The notes under the pieces are model-generated. The model did not search any database. It was not told the DNA's origin and was given only the letters and a program-made list of their open reading frames with translations. A DNA stretch of 64,000 nucleotides from assembly GCA_965261975.1 (NCBI GenBank), contig CBDHEC010000024.1, forward strand, positions 43,700-107,699, given 5' to 3'. This DNA is from Alphaproteobacteria bacterium. Lineage in GTDB: Bacteria > Pseudomonadota > Alphaproteobacteria > UBA6615. Of this stretch, positions 52,857-63,008 are shown one piece after another (the stretch's first letter is position 1; every line of letters begins with the position of its first letter). The translations under genes and the position numbers were made by a program.

Positions 52857-53505
52857 CTATTGTTCATTTCGACGGGCCGTCACGACGAAGAGCGGATCGC
52901 CCGACACGCCCGAGGGTGACAGGTCCAGCCCCACCGGTTCATCGAACCCGCCCGCATGACGGAAATAGGCCCCCACGAGACCGGCATGCTCGCTGTCCCC
53001 CAATGCTTGCCAGATCGCGACCGCCTTGGTCGGGAAGCAGCGGTTGGAGAAGGAGACCACACATGGGCCGCCCGGCGCGAACACCCGCGCGATCTCCGCG
53101 AAAACGTCCAGCGGACGGGTGAGGTACTGCACCGATAGCGCGATCACGCAGGCGTCGAACGCCCCGTCCGGGTATGGCAGGCCGGGATCGGCATTGAGGT
53201 TTTGCACATGGCACGCGGTGAGCCGCGGGTTGGCCTCGAGTTCCGCCCGGTTCATGCCCAGCCCGGAGACCGCGACGAAATCCATCTCCTCGGGCAGATG
53301 GGAGACCCAGCTCGACATCAGGTCGAGCACCCGCCCCCCCGGCGGGCAGCGCTTCCCGGTAGAAGGCGGTCAACGCCGCACGCCCGGCATCGTCGAGATG
53401 CTGGACCATGCGCTCGGGCACATAGAAGGCCGCATCGTCGGCCTCGTCTTGCCGCGCGAAATGCTCGGGCTTGAACGGGGATTCCGGGCCGTCGGTATCA
53501 GACAT
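52857..53505 (-). pseudogene. Class I SAM-dependent methyltransferase, frameshifted (+1 G in a G7 run); probably intact in vivo
   Basis: ORF 52939..53505 supplies FARQDEADDAAFY...LPAGG and ORF 52857..53330 supplies VLDLMSSWVSHLP...SVQYLTRP...FSNRCFPTKAV. Removing one C from 53334-53340 joins them as LPAGGRVLD. Confidence 0.85.
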
Positions 53506-53510
53506 TCACG

Positions 53511-55100
53511 CTAGTAACCGGCCGCCGTGCCATCGCTGCGTGGGTCGGCCCCCGCCTCGATGATCCCGTCGGGTCGACGCACCAGCGCGCCGGCATGGCC
53601 CATCAGGTCGCTGAAGGGTCCGACCACCTCGACATCGTGGCCCGCCGCGCGCAGCGCCTCGATGACATGGTCCGGGAACCGGGATTCGATCTTGAGGTTG
53701 GTGCTGTCGCTGCCCCAGGTGCGACCGAGCAGCCAGCGCGGCGCGGAGATCGCGGCCTGCACCGGCATGCCGAAACGTACATGCCGGGAGAATATCGCGG
53801 CCTGGGTCTGGGGCTGCCCCTCGCCGCCCATGGTGCCATAGGACATCACCCGCCCGTCGTCGAAGCGCGCCATCGCCGGGTTGAGCGTATGGAAGGGCTT
53901 GCGGCCGGGCTGCAGCGGGTTCAGCGCGTCGGGATCGAGCGCGAAACTGGCGCCGCGATTCTGCCATGTGATACCCGTCTCGGGCAGGACCACGCCCGAG
54001 CCGAACTCCCAGTAGATGCTCTGGATGAAACTCACGGCGTTTCCGTGGCTGTCGATCACGCCCAGCCAGACCGTGTCGCTGTCGGTACCCCCACGACTCC
54101 AGTTACCCGCCTGCTTCGGATCGATGGCGCCGGCGAGACCGGCAATCACCTCGGGTGTCAGGAAGGTCTCGGGCGCGGGGTCCATATGCGCAGGGTCGGT
54201 AATGTGCCGGTCGCGAATGGCGAAGGCCTGCTTGCTCGCCTCGACCAGCAGATGGACAAAATCGAAGTCGTCAGGCTCGGCGCAATCGAGCTGGTCGAAG
54301 GCCCCGAGAATGAGCAGCGAGGCCAATCCCTGGGTCGGCGGCGGCATGTTGTAGAGCGTGGTGTCGCCGAGGCGCAGTGACAATGGCGGCTTGGTGACGG
54401 CCTGATGTGCGGCGAGGTCCTCGGCCTGCACCGGGCTGCCCACCGCCGCAAGATCGGCGGCAATCGCCCGGGCCAGGTCCCCGCGATAGAAATCCTCGAT
54501 CCCCGCATCCGCGATGCGCTGGAGGGTCGCCGCCAGGCGCGGCTGGCGAAAGACGTCGCCGCGCGACGGCACCGCGCCGCCGGGGGTGTAGACGTCGGTG
54601 AAGCCGGTGGCCGAGCCCATCTCCGGCAGTTTTTCGGTCGTGTTGCGCACCTGGCCCTCGGTGACGGCCATGCCGTTTTCGGCATAGCCGATGGCATCAC
54701 CCAGCAGCCGGGATAACGGCAGGTTCCCCCCCATCTGCTTCGAGAGTTGCTGTGCCGCGCCCCAGCCCGACACGGTTCCCGCCACGGTCACCGCCGCGAG
54801 CGGCCCGCGCGACGGGACGGCGTCGAGGCCTTCTTCGGTATAGCGTTCAATCGTCGCGCCCGACCCCGCTGCCCCGCACGCATCGATCGCGATCGGGTCG
54901 CCGTTCGCCGGGGAAATCACCCAGAAGCCGTCGCCACCGATCGAGTTCATGTGCGGATAGACGACGGCAATGGCCGCCGCCGCGGCGATCATCGCCTCGA
55001 GCGCGTTGCCGCCCTCTCTGAGCACGGACAGGCCGGCTTCGGCGGCAAGGTGATGGGGCGCCACGACCATTCCGTGGGGGGCAAATCTGGAATTCAGCAT
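53511..55100 (-). CDS. hpxW: GGT-family Ntn hydrolase, oxamate amidohydrolase (HpxW)-like
   Basis: GMVVAPHHLA, AAAAAIAVVYPHMN, D|TVWLGV, FIQSIYWEFGSGVVLP, KPFHTLNPA, PRWLLGRTWG resemble HpxW as I recall it. Start set at 55100. Confidence 0.72.
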   Translation of the reverse strand: MLNSRFAPHGMVVAPHHLAAEAGLSVLREGGNALEAMIAAAAAIAVVYPHMNSIGGDGFWVISPANGDPIAIDACGAAGSGATIERYTEEGLDAVPSRGPLAAVTVAGTVSGWGAAQQLSKQMGGNLPLSRLLGDAIGYAENGMAVTEGQVRNTTEKLPEMGSATGFTDVYTPGGAVPSRGDVFRQPRLAATLQRIADAGIEDFYRGDLARAIAADLAAVGSPVQAEDLAAHQAVTKPPLSLRLGDTTLYNMPPPTQGLASLLILGAFDQLDCAEPDDFDFVHLLVEASKQAFAIRDRHITDPAHMDPAPETFLTPEVIAGLAGAIDPKQAGNWSRGGTDSDTVWLGVIDSHGNAVSFIQSIYWEFGSGVVLPETGITWQNRGASFALDPDALNPLQPGRKPFHTLNPAMARFDDGRVMSYGTMGGEGQPQTQAAIFSRHVRFGMPVQAAISAPRWLLGRTWGSDSTNLKIESRFPDHVIEALRAAGHDVEVVGPFSDLMGHAGALVRRPDGIIEAGADPRSDGTAAGY

Positions 55101-55175
55101 AGGTAACCAACGATCCTGTATGCGTTCGGGCGGCACCAACTGGTACCGCCCGCACAACTCTAAACGGTTCTGCGC

Positions 55176-56417
55176 CTATTCGGCAGCTTCCGCATCCGGG
55201 AAATCCGCAATCTCATCGAGGGCCGGCTTGATCTCCTGCATGAAGATGCGCAGCTGGTCGATCATGTCGTCCTTCGGGCATTGGGCGTAGTGGTAGATGA
55301 GGGTGATGTATTCCGCCGGCAGCTGTTTCCATTGTTCGACGTAGGAATCGCGAACCTCCGAGACCGTGCCGTACTGGAACAGTCCGGTCTCGTCCATCAG
55401 CTCGATCAGGCGATCACCGTCGGCGCCTTCTGCCTTGCTGGTCCAGTCCGGGAACAGCGGGCCGTAGAAGTTCTGGAAGATGTCCCCCGACCAATCGAGC
55501 ATCTTCTGCGCGCCGTCATCATGGCTCTCGCCCACATGGGGCCAGCGCACGATCGCCTGGTTCTGGCCATGGACGATGTTGAAGCCGTTCTGGTTGGCAA
55601 CCTCGGTGTAACGCGGGCCGAAATCGGCGCAGCGCCCGATGCTGGAGAAATATGACGGGATGAACCCCCGCGCGCCGGCATATTCGACGGTCTCGATCGA
55701 AGCGTTGGACGCGATGAATACCTTGGGATGCGGCCGGGTGTAGGGTGCGGGGACGACGGATATCTTCCGCAGCTTGCCGTCCTCGTCCATTTCGCCCGGC
55801 GCGCCCATCTGGCGGGTAACATCGCCCATGAACCAGCCTTCGAGCCCTTCCTCATGGGGATAGGGATATTCCCAAAGGTCGCTCTTGTAGTCGAACGCAT
55901 CCTCGGTCCAGGCCTTCATGACAATGTCGACCTGCTCCTCGAAGACCTTGCGATTGTGCTCGTCCGAGGCGCTCTTGTCCGACAGCGTTGCGACCGAGCC
56001 GAGCTTCTGGCCCAGCACATTCGCCCAACGCGACTGGTAACCTCGCGCGAAACCAACGAAGCAACGCCCCTTGGTCATGTGATCGAGTGTCGCGGTTTCC
56101 TCCGCCACCCGGATCGGGTCGTCCACGCTCATCACATAGCCGAGGCTGCCGATGTTCAATCGTTTGGACAGGCCTGCCCAATAGCCGGTGTTGATGCCGA
56201 TGCTCGGGCCGACCTCATAACCTTCGGAGTGGAAGTGATGCTCAATCGAGGACACACCCCACACGCCGAGATCATCCATCGCGCGAATGAGGTCGGGCAT
56301 GCCGTCCATGGCTTCCTGGTAGCGCTCCCGGTTGCGGCCGATCGGGCGCAGTTCCTTGCGCTCCTCCGGGCTCTCCGCACGAAGCATCGGGTACATCTGA
56401 ACGACAACCTTCACCAT
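55176..56417 (-). CDS. LLM-class (luciferase-like) flavin-dependent oxidoreductase
   Basis: IEHHFHSEG, DPIRVAEETATLDHMTKGR, VGFARGYQ, PAPYTRPHP. Start set at 56417 (GGGAGG RBS). Confidence 0.9.
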   Translation of the reverse strand: MVKVVVQMYPMLRAESPEERKELRPIGRNRERYQEAMDGMPDLIRAMDDLGVWGVSSIEHHFHSEGYEVGPSIGINTGYWAGLSKRLNIGSLGYVMSVDDPIRVAEETATLDHMTKGRCFVGFARGYQSRWANVLGQKLGSVATLSDKSASDEHNRKVFEEQVDIVMKAWTEDAFDYKSDLWEYPYPHEEGLEGWFMGDVTRQMGAPGEMDEDGKLRKISVVPAPYTRPHPKVFIASNASIETVEYAGARGFIPSYFSSIGRCADFGPRYTEVANQNGFNIVHGQNQAIVRWPHVGESHDDGAQKMLDWSGDIFQNFYGPLFPDWTSKAEGADGDRLIELMDETGLFQYGTVSEVRDSYVEQWKQLPAEYITLIYHYAQCPKDDMIDQLRIFMQEIKPALDEIADFPDAEAAE

Positions 56418-56465
56418 AGCGATTCCTCCCTCGCAATCCGGCATCCGCGGCAGTGCGGCGCCGGT

Positions 56466-57038
56466 CTAGACGTTGAACGGCGGCGCGGTGCTGCCCTCCT
56501 CGAGCTGCAGACGCATCGTGTTGATGAAGCGCGCCAGCATGCCGTAGTAGCCGATCATGATCGTGAGATCGACGAAGCCGTCATTGCCGAGTTCCGCCTT
56601 GAGCGCATCGACCATATCGTCGCCGACCTCTTCGTTGCGGGTCACCAGGCGGGCATATGTGGTCGCTATACCGACCATACCGGCCTCGGCCTCGATGGCC
56701 GGCGTGCCGACCTTCTTGAGCATTTCCTCGGGCGCCCCGACCTTGAGGGCAAATTCCCAGTGATGGCCCCACTCATACGAACAGCGAAGTTCCTGAGCCA
56801 CCGTCAGGATGACGTATTCGCGCAGCGCGTCGTCGAATTTGGTTCCGTAGCGCACATGCGCACCGACGGGCGTGACCGCCGCCAGCGCGCCAGGGCTGTT
56901 GGCCAGCAGCGCAAACACATTGGGCATGCTGGTACGCCCGCGTGAGCGGATCACCTCGTCATAGGCTTCCAGAAACTCTGCAGGACAATCCTCACGCTCA
57001 ACGCGCGACAGGCGGGCATTTTCCAATCCATCAGACAC
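56466..57038 (-). CDS. Carboxymuconolactone decarboxylase/AhpD-like family protein
   Basis: PNVFALLANSP, LREYVILTVA, YEWGHH, DLTIMIGYYGM. Confidence 0.85.
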   Translation of the reverse strand: MSDGLENARLSRVEREDCPAEFLEAYDEVIRSRGRTSMPNVFALLANSPGALAAVTPVGAHVRYGTKFDDALREYVILTVAQELRCSYEWGHHWEFALKVGAPEEMLKKVGTPAIEAEAGMVGIATTYARLVTRNEEVGDDMVDALKAELGNDGFVDLTIMIGYYGMLARFINTMRLQLEEGSTAPPFNV

Positions 57039-57246
57039 GTGCTCTCTCCCCCGTAAATCCGTCGGTAAAACAATCAGCTAGGTCTTCTTCGGCGCGGCGA
57101 ATGTCGGGCACCGGACCGTTTGGTTGCCGGAAGCAAACCACCATCGGATTACCGGCGTCAACGTCAAGCGCCGACCGACGGGCCAAATCGCCGCCGGATG
57201 TGCTAAATGCGCATGGGACAATCGAGACAAACGCGGGACGGACCAC

Positions 57247-58326
57247 ATGGCCGAAACGGCTCCAGCGCGCATCGGTGCCTTCGCAGGCGCAGTGTTGATC
57301 GCAGCAGTGACGATCTTCTTTCTGATCGAAGGGCGCGACCTGCTGATCCCCATCGCGGTCGCCATCGTGATCTGGTACCTGCTCAACGCGCTCGCGCGCT
57401 TCTTTCACCGCATCCCTCTGGGGGCCTGGCATCTGCCGAACTGGCTGGCGCTCACCGGTGCGGTCATCGTCATGATCGTGGCCATCGCGCTCGTCGCAGA
57501 GCTGATCAGCGACAATCTGGGCGAAGTTGCCGCCGCGGCTCCCGCTTACCAGGCCAATTTCGAAAACCTCGTCGCCCAGGCGTCGCGCCTGGCGGGTTTC
57601 GAGCAGCCGCCGGACATCGCCCATGTCATCGACGAGATCGACATCCGGGCGCTGATCACCTCATTCGCCTCGACAGCCGCGGGCATTGCCGGATCCTTCG
57701 GCATCGTTCTTGTCTACGTGGTGTTCCTGCTGATCGAGCAAGGCAGCTTCGAGAGCAAGTTTTCGGCCCTGTTCCCCGATTCCGAACGCCGGCAGGATGT
57801 GCGTGACCTGCTGCATCGAATGCAGGCGCAGATCCAGACCTATGTGGCGATCAAGACATTGATGAGTGTTCTCACCGGCGGCATCAGCTACGGGATCCTG
57901 CTCTTCGTGGGAGTCGATTTCGCCGGTTTCTGGGGTTTCGTCATCTTCCTGCTCAACTACATCCCGACAATCGGTTCGCTGCTCGGTATCCTGCTGCCGA
58001 CCCTGCTGGCGGTTGTCCAGTTCGCCACGGTCGGCCCGGTGTTGACCGTGCTGATCGCCGGCGGCGCGACCCAGTTCGTGATTGGCAATCTGGTCGAGCC
58101 ACGCCTGATGGGCACGTCGCTCAACATCTCGCCCCTGGTGGTACTTATCTCGCTGGCGGTGTGGGGCAGCATCTGGGGGCTCGCCGGCATGTTCCTGTCG
58201 GTGCCCCTGACGATGATCGTGATGATCGTCTGCTCCTACTTCACGCCGACCCGACCCATCGCGATCATGCTGTCGGGCAACGGCAAGATCATGTTGTCGG
58301 GTAACGACAAGGTCGAGACCCGCTAG
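57247..58326 (+). CDS. AI-2E family transporter
   Basis: LLIPIAVA, FLLNYIPTIGS, GNLVEPRLMG, ISPLVVLISLAVWGSIWG..GMFLSVP. Start set at ATG 57247. Confidence 0.9.
   Translation: MAETAPARIGAFAGAVLIAAVTIFFLIEGRDLLIPIAVAIVIWYLLNALARFFHRIPLGAWHLPNWLALTGAVIVMIVAIALVAELISDNLGEVAAAAPAYQANFENLVAQASRLAGFEQPPDIAHVIDEIDIRALITSFASTAAGIAGSFGIVLVYVVFLLIEQGSFESKFSALFPDSERRQDVRDLLHRMQAQIQTYVAIKTLMSVLTGGISYGILLFVGVDFAGFWGFVIFLLNYIPTIGSLLGILLPTLLAVVQFATVGPVLTVLIAGGATQFVIGNLVEPRLMGTSLNISPLVVLISLAVWGSIWGLAGMFLSVPLTMIVMIVCSYFTPTRPIAIMLSGNGKIMLSGNDKVETR
58263..58310 (+). repeat. Imperfect 24-bp tandem repeat at the 3' end of the AI-2E gene
   Basis: GATCATGCTGTCGGGCAACGGCAA / GATCATGTTGTCGGGTAACGACAA, encoding IMLSGNGK-IMLSGNDK. 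Confidence 0.85.
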
Positions 58327-58354
58327 AACCTTCAGCCGAAACGCGGAGGCCGGA

Positions 58355-58648
58355 ATGTCGAAGCTGGACGATGAGGATGCCGTAGACCGCGCGGTGCGCG
58401 ACCTGCAACGGTTTCTCGGCAAGGCGAAGGGTCTCGACACGGCCACTGTGCGTGCCATCGCAGACCAGTTTCGCGCCGACGCGGCCCTGGCCCGCACGAT
58501 GCGCCACCACCGGCATGTCTATGATGCGATCTCCGGATATTTCGAGCATGCCGCCGATGTCAGGGACAAGGCCGACGACGAGCATGGCAGCCCGATCGGC
58601 GACGCCGTGCGCGCGCTGGTCGAAAATCTCGACGACGACGCGCCCTAG
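58355..58648 (+). CDS. Hypothetical small helical protein
   Basis: 97-aa ORF with GGAGG RBS; fills the gap between AI-2E and the molybdoenzyme gene. Confidence 0.65.
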   Translation: MSKLDDEDAVDRAVRDLQRFLGKAKGLDTATVRAIADQFRADAALARTMRHHRHVYDAISGYFEHAADVRDKADDEHGSPIGDAVRALVENLDDDAP

Positions 58649-58651
58649 GCT

Positions 58652-60991
58652 TTACTCCGCGGCCTGCGCCGCACCGGCGTCGATAAGCTTGGTCAGCATC
58701 TGCGGATCAACCGGGTAATAGTCGATCTCCACGCTGAATTCCTCGAGTGCATTCTCGATCGCGGCGACAATCGCGGCGGCGGCCGGGATGGTGCCGCCCT
58801 CGCCCGCGCCTTTCACGCCGAGAGAATTCAGCGGTGACGGTGTTTCCATATGGGTGACATCGACCCGCGGCATCTCGCTGGCGAGGGGCAGCAGATACTC
58901 GCCATAGTTGGTGGTCAGCGGCTGGCCCTGATCGTCATAGATCATGCGCTCGAACAACGCGTTGCCGATCCCGTGCACCACACCGCCGACGATCTGGCCG
59001 TGCACGACCTTGGGGTTGATCATCACGCCGCAATCATGGGCGACCGAATAGCGCAGCACCTTCACCTCGCCGGTGCCCGGGTCGACCTCGACCTCGGCCA
59101 CGTTCGAGCCGCAGGCGATCGGCGACCCGCTCGAACCATCGAAGGAAGTGGCTTCCAGCACCGGATCAAATCCGGCCGGAACCCGCATCGCCGACATCGG
59201 CGTCAGCTGCATGGCCAACTCACCCAGGGTGATGGAAACGTCCGGCGCCCCGTTCACACGGACCACGCCATCCTCGATATCCAGATCGGCCTCCGACGCC
59301 TCCAGCACTTCGGCGGCAAGCTTCAGGGCCTTCTCGCGAACCTGGAACGCGGCATCATGGGCCGACGGGCCGACATTTGCCGCCACGCGGCTGCCGATCG
59401 TGCCAACCCCGTGAGAGAATTTCGCGGTATCGGCAGATTCGAACAGGATATCTTCCGGCGTTACGCCGAGATTTCCCGCAACGATCATGGCGATCATCGT
59501 GTGATGGCCCTGCCCCTGGCTCGCGGCCCCGGTACGGACCGCGACCTTGCCCGATGATTCGACGCGAACCGTCGTGCCCTCATAGGGGCCCATGCCCGTG
59601 TCCTCGATACATGAGGAAACCCCGATGCCCAGATAGCGCCCCTCGGCACGGGCTGCGGCCTGGCGTTCCTTGAAACTGCCATAGTCGGAAAGCTCCAGCA
59701 CCTGGTCCAGCAACGCCTCATAGTCGCCGCTGTCGTAGATGCACGGGACACCGCCGCGAAGTTTCGCACCTGTCTCATAAGGCATCTGGTCCGGGCGCAC
59801 ATAGTTGCGCCGACGCACGTCGGCCGGGTCGATCCCGAGCTCGCGCGAGACCACCTGAACCATGCGCTCGACGGCGTAGATGCCGCACGGACGCCCCGCG
59901 CCACGGACAGGCGAATTGGGCACCGTATTGGTGAACACGATATCCACCTGCACATCGATGGCCGGTATGGAATAGGCGCCCGGCAAGGGTGTGAGAGAGC
60001 TGTTCGGCAACAGAATGCCGTAGGGAACATAGGCGCCGTTCTCATGGGTCACCTTGCCGCGCAGGCCGAGAATTTTGCCCTCCGACGTGCAGGCGACCTC
60101 CAGGTCCCAATGCTGATCGCGCTGGGTCGTCGTGGAGACGAAATGCTCCCGGCGGTCCTCGATCCACTTGACCGGGCACTTCATGATGCGCGCCGCCAGC
60201 GAAATCGCCACTTCCTCGGGATAGAACCCGGCCTTCGGGCCGAACCCGCCACCGACATCAGGCGCGATCACGCGAACGCGCTCCTCGGACTCGCCCAGCC
60301 ATGTCGCCAGCGCGCGACGGATCAGATAGGGCGATTGGGCCGACGTCCACAGTGTCAGCCCGTCGCCCCAGGGGTCGTCACGGGCGATGACGCCGCGGGT
60401 CTCCATGGAGTGACAACCGCCGCGGTGCTGCATGAAGGCGGCCGAGAACACGTGATCGGCCTTCGCGAAGGAATCCTCGATATCGCCGAAGCTCGACCGC
60501 ATCTTGCCCATGAGGTTCGATGTCGTATCGGCATGGGCCAGCGGCGCATCATCCTCAAGCGCCGTGAGAACATTCACCACGGCCGGCAGTGTCTCATAGT
60601 CCACATCGACAAGTGCCAGCGCGTCCTCGGCGATGGCGCGGCTGTCCGCCACCACGATGGCGACCGCCTCACCCACATAGCAGACCTCATCCTTCGCCAG
60701 CGGATACTGGGTCTTGTTCTGCTCGATCACCGGCGCGGGATAGAGCTGGTTCATTCTGTGGCTGTACTTCTCGCCCAGATCCGCATGGGTGATGACGCGA
60801 TGCACACCCGGCAAGGCCGCCGCCCTCGAAGAATCGATCGCGCGAATCTTCGCATGCGCCGTCGGCGCCCGCAGGAAGGCCGCATGCAGCATGCCTTCCA
60901 TAGTGATGTCGTCGACATAGCGACCATGCCCGGTCAGCAGCCGGGGATCTTCCATGCGTTGGACTTCCGCACCCAGATAACGAACGGCCAT
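58652..60991 (-). CDS. Xanthine dehydrogenase-family molybdopterin-binding large subunit (CoxL/CutL-like)
   Basis: EDPRLLTGHGRYVDD, VGGGFGPK, PVRGAGRP, QGQGH, GSR, HDCGVMINP, KGAGEGG. Start set at 60991. Confidence 0.92.
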   Translation of the reverse strand: MAVRYLGAEVQRMEDPRLLTGHGRYVDDITMEGMLHAAFLRAPTAHAKIRAIDSSRAAALPGVHRVITHADLGEKYSHRMNQLYPAPVIEQNKTQYPLAKDEVCYVGEAVAIVVADSRAIAEDALALVDVDYETLPAVVNVLTALEDDAPLAHADTTSNLMGKMRSSFGDIEDSFAKADHVFSAAFMQHRGGCHSMETRGVIARDDPWGDGLTLWTSAQSPYLIRRALATWLGESEERVRVIAPDVGGGFGPKAGFYPEEVAISLAARIMKCPVKWIEDRREHFVSTTTQRDQHWDLEVACTSEGKILGLRGKVTHENGAYVPYGILLPNSSLTPLPGAYSIPAIDVQVDIVFTNTVPNSPVRGAGRPCGIYAVERMVQVVSRELGIDPADVRRRNYVRPDQMPYETGAKLRGGVPCIYDSGDYEALLDQVLELSDYGSFKERQAAARAEGRYLGIGVSSCIEDTGMGPYEGTTVRVESSGKVAVRTGAASQGQGHHTMIAMIVAGNLGVTPEDILFESADTAKFSHGVGTIGSRVAANVGPSAHDAAFQVREKALKLAAEVLEASEADLDIEDGVVRVNGAPDVSITLGELAMQLTPMSAMRVPAGFDPVLEATSFDGSSGSPIACGSNVAEVEVDPGTGEVKVLRYSVAHDCGVMINPKVVHGQIVGGVVHGIGNALFERMIYDDQGQPLTTNYGEYLLPLASEMPRVDVTHMETPSPLNSLGVKGAGEGGTIPAAAAIVAAIENALEEFSVEIDYYPVDPQMLTKLIDAGAAQAAE

Positions 60992-60995
60992 GGCT

Positions 60996-61481
60996 CTAGC
61001 TCCCCTCGCGCATGGTCTTGGCGGCGTCCAGCGCCGCATCGACGATGCCCTGATAGCCGGTGCACCGGCAGATATTCCCCGAAATGGCCTCGCGCACATC
61101 CCGCTCGCTCGGATCGGGATTGTCCCGCAGGAACGCAGACAAGGACGTCAGCATGCCCGGCGTGCAGAAGCCGCATTGCAGGCCGTGATGCTTCCAGAAG
61201 GCATCCTGCAGCGCGCTCAGGGTCCCGTCGTCCTCGGCCAGCCCCTCGACGGTGGTGATCTCATGCCCGTTGGCCTGAACGGCCAGCATCAGGCACGAGC
61301 GCACCGCCTCACCATCGACCATCACCGTGCACGCACCGCACACGCCATGTTCGCAGCCCATATGGGTGCCGGTCAGGTCGAGGCCATGGCGCAGGAAGTC
61401 ACCCAGGCTGGTGCGGGTCTCGACGTCGGCCGTTCGACTCTCGCCATTGACCGTCAGGGTTATCTCGCGGGTATCGGCCAT
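60996..61481 (-). CDS. Molybdenum hydroxylase 2x[2Fe-2S] small subunit (CoxS-like)
   Basis: GCEHGVCGACT, RSCL, QCGFCTPG, GNICRCTGY. Confidence 0.95.
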   Translation of the reverse strand: MADTREITLTVNGESRTADVETRTSLGDFLRHGLDLTGTHMGCEHGVCGACTVMVDGEAVRSCLMLAVQANGHEITTVEGLAEDDGTLSALQDAFWKHHGLQCGFCTPGMLTSLSAFLRDNPDPSERDVREAISGNICRCTGYQGIVDAALDAAKTMREGS

Positions 61482-61483
61482 GA

Positions 61484-62351
61484 TCAGGCACTCCCGTTTG
61501 CGTTGGAGGCGGCGGCCAAAAGGGCGCGCTCGACAAGGGTGGCGGCCAGACGCTGGCGATAGGCCGATGTCACATAGGCATCCGACATGGCTTCGATGCC
61601 GCGCGCGATTTCGGCTGCGGCCTTGAAGGCATCCGCATCGGGAGCGGCGCCCACCAGCGCCGTCTCGGCTTCGGTCAGACGGATCGGGCGCACATCCGCA
61701 CCGCCGATCGAGATCGCCGCGCGTGCGATCTTGCCGCCGTCAATGGTCAGCAATGCGGCCACGGCGATGATCGCGAAGTCGCCATGACGACGCGCGAACT
61801 CGACGAAGCCATGACCGGTGTTGCCGGTCCAGTGGGGTACCGAGACATTGGTCAGGAGTTCGTCGGGCCCGATCGAGGGCAGCATGTAAGCGAGCGGCCA
61901 CTCGGCGAACGGCACCTGGCGTGCGCCGTCGGGACCCTGGACGGTCAGGGTCGCGTCATACAGCGCCATCAGGCAGGGCAGCTCCGCGGCGGGGTCGAGG
62001 TGACACAGGCTGCCACCGATGGTGCCCCGGTTGCGGGTCTGGAAATGGCCAACCCAGTGCAAAAGCGTCAGGGATGATCGGCGCCTTCTCGGCGATCACA
62101 GGGTCCTGCATCAGGTCGCGCTGGCGGGTCATCGCACCGATCTCGATGCTATCGCCCCCGTCGCGGACGCCGGCGATCCCCTCGATGCGGTTCAGGTCGA
62201 TCACGTGATCGGGCACCACGAAGCGCATGTTCAGCATCGGCATGAGCGACTGGCCGCCGGCAAGGATCTTTGCGTCCTCATGGGTGGCGAGCAGCGCGAC
62301 GGCCTCATCCGCCGTGGTCGGGTCGTGATAGGTGAATGGCGCCGGTTTCAT
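61484..62351 (-). pseudogene. Molybdenum hydroxylase FAD-binding medium subunit (CoxM-like), frameshifted (+1 T); probably intact in vivo
   Basis: MKPAPFTYHDP...LAGGQSL...IIPDA is in one frame and HWVGHFQTRNRGTIGGS...RRHGDFA in another. Removing one A from 62061-62064 restores PDALHWVGHF. Confidence 0.88.
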
Positions 62352-62393
62352 CGGGCCGCCTCCATGTGCGTGTTCATATCGTTGGGCATCGCT

Positions 62394-63008
62394 CTAGGCC
62401 TTTCCGCCGCGGATCATCGCCCACAGGGCGCGAAAAAACAGGCTGATGCCCGAAATGCTGTTGTCCGTCGTTTTAACTTCCGCGGCCTCGGCCGATGGCA
62501 CCGGTTCATCGTCGGCGGCTGCATCGGACGGTGCGGTCTCTGGTGCCGGACTGCCGGCAGCGCCGATCTCGGCCTCCAGGTTCGTCGCGAAGTCGGAGAT
62601 GATCTGTCCCGCGATCGCGTCGATCAGGCCCGACGCGCGGCCATACTGGGCGATCGAGCCGGTCAGATCGATGTCGCTGGAAATATCCACCCGGCTGGCA
62701 TCGCCGTCGGCGACCAGCTTGAACACCACGGTCGCGCTTGCCGCCCCGCGGCCCTTGGTGTCATTGCCCTTGGCCTGCACCGTGGCGACGCGCGCGTCGG
62801 CGTCGATCTCGGTGATTTCCGCCTCGCCCGAAAATGTCAGAGACACCGGCCCGACCCGCAGCTTGGCGTTTCCCTTGTAGGTCCGCTCGCCGACGGTTTC
62901 CGTCAGCTCCGCGCCGGGCATACAGGGCGCGATCCGCGGCACATCCAGCAGGATTTCCCACGCGACATCCGGCGGTGCGGGCACCGTAAAACTATTCTCT
63001 AACTGCAT
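62394..63008 (-). CDS. coxG: CoxG/SRPBCC family protein
   Basis: MQLENSFTVPAP, LDVPRIAPCMPGA, VGPV, GSIAQYGR, Ala/Pro/Glu linker and a C-terminal amphipathic anchor. Confidence 0.88.
   Translation of the reverse strand: MQLENSFTVPAPPDVAWEILLDVPRIAPCMPGAELTETVGERTYKGNAKLRVGPVSLTFSGEAEITEIDADARVATVQAKGNDTKGRGAASATVVFKLVADGDASRVDISSDIDLTGSIAQYGRASGLIDAIAGQIISDFATNLEAEIGAAGSPAPETAPSDAAADDEPVPSAEAAEVKTTDNSISGISLFFRALWAMIRGGKA

Noticed and set aside
53334-53340. Phase-variable poly-G switch in the methyltransferase
   Set aside because: The tract is only 7 nt, and the same +1 pattern occurs at 3-4 nt runs nearby, which favours sequencing error.
58652-63008. Aerobic carbon monoxide dehydrogenase
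   Set aside because: The active-site loop is VRGAGR with no Cu-binding Cys, and coxD/E/F are not in the window.
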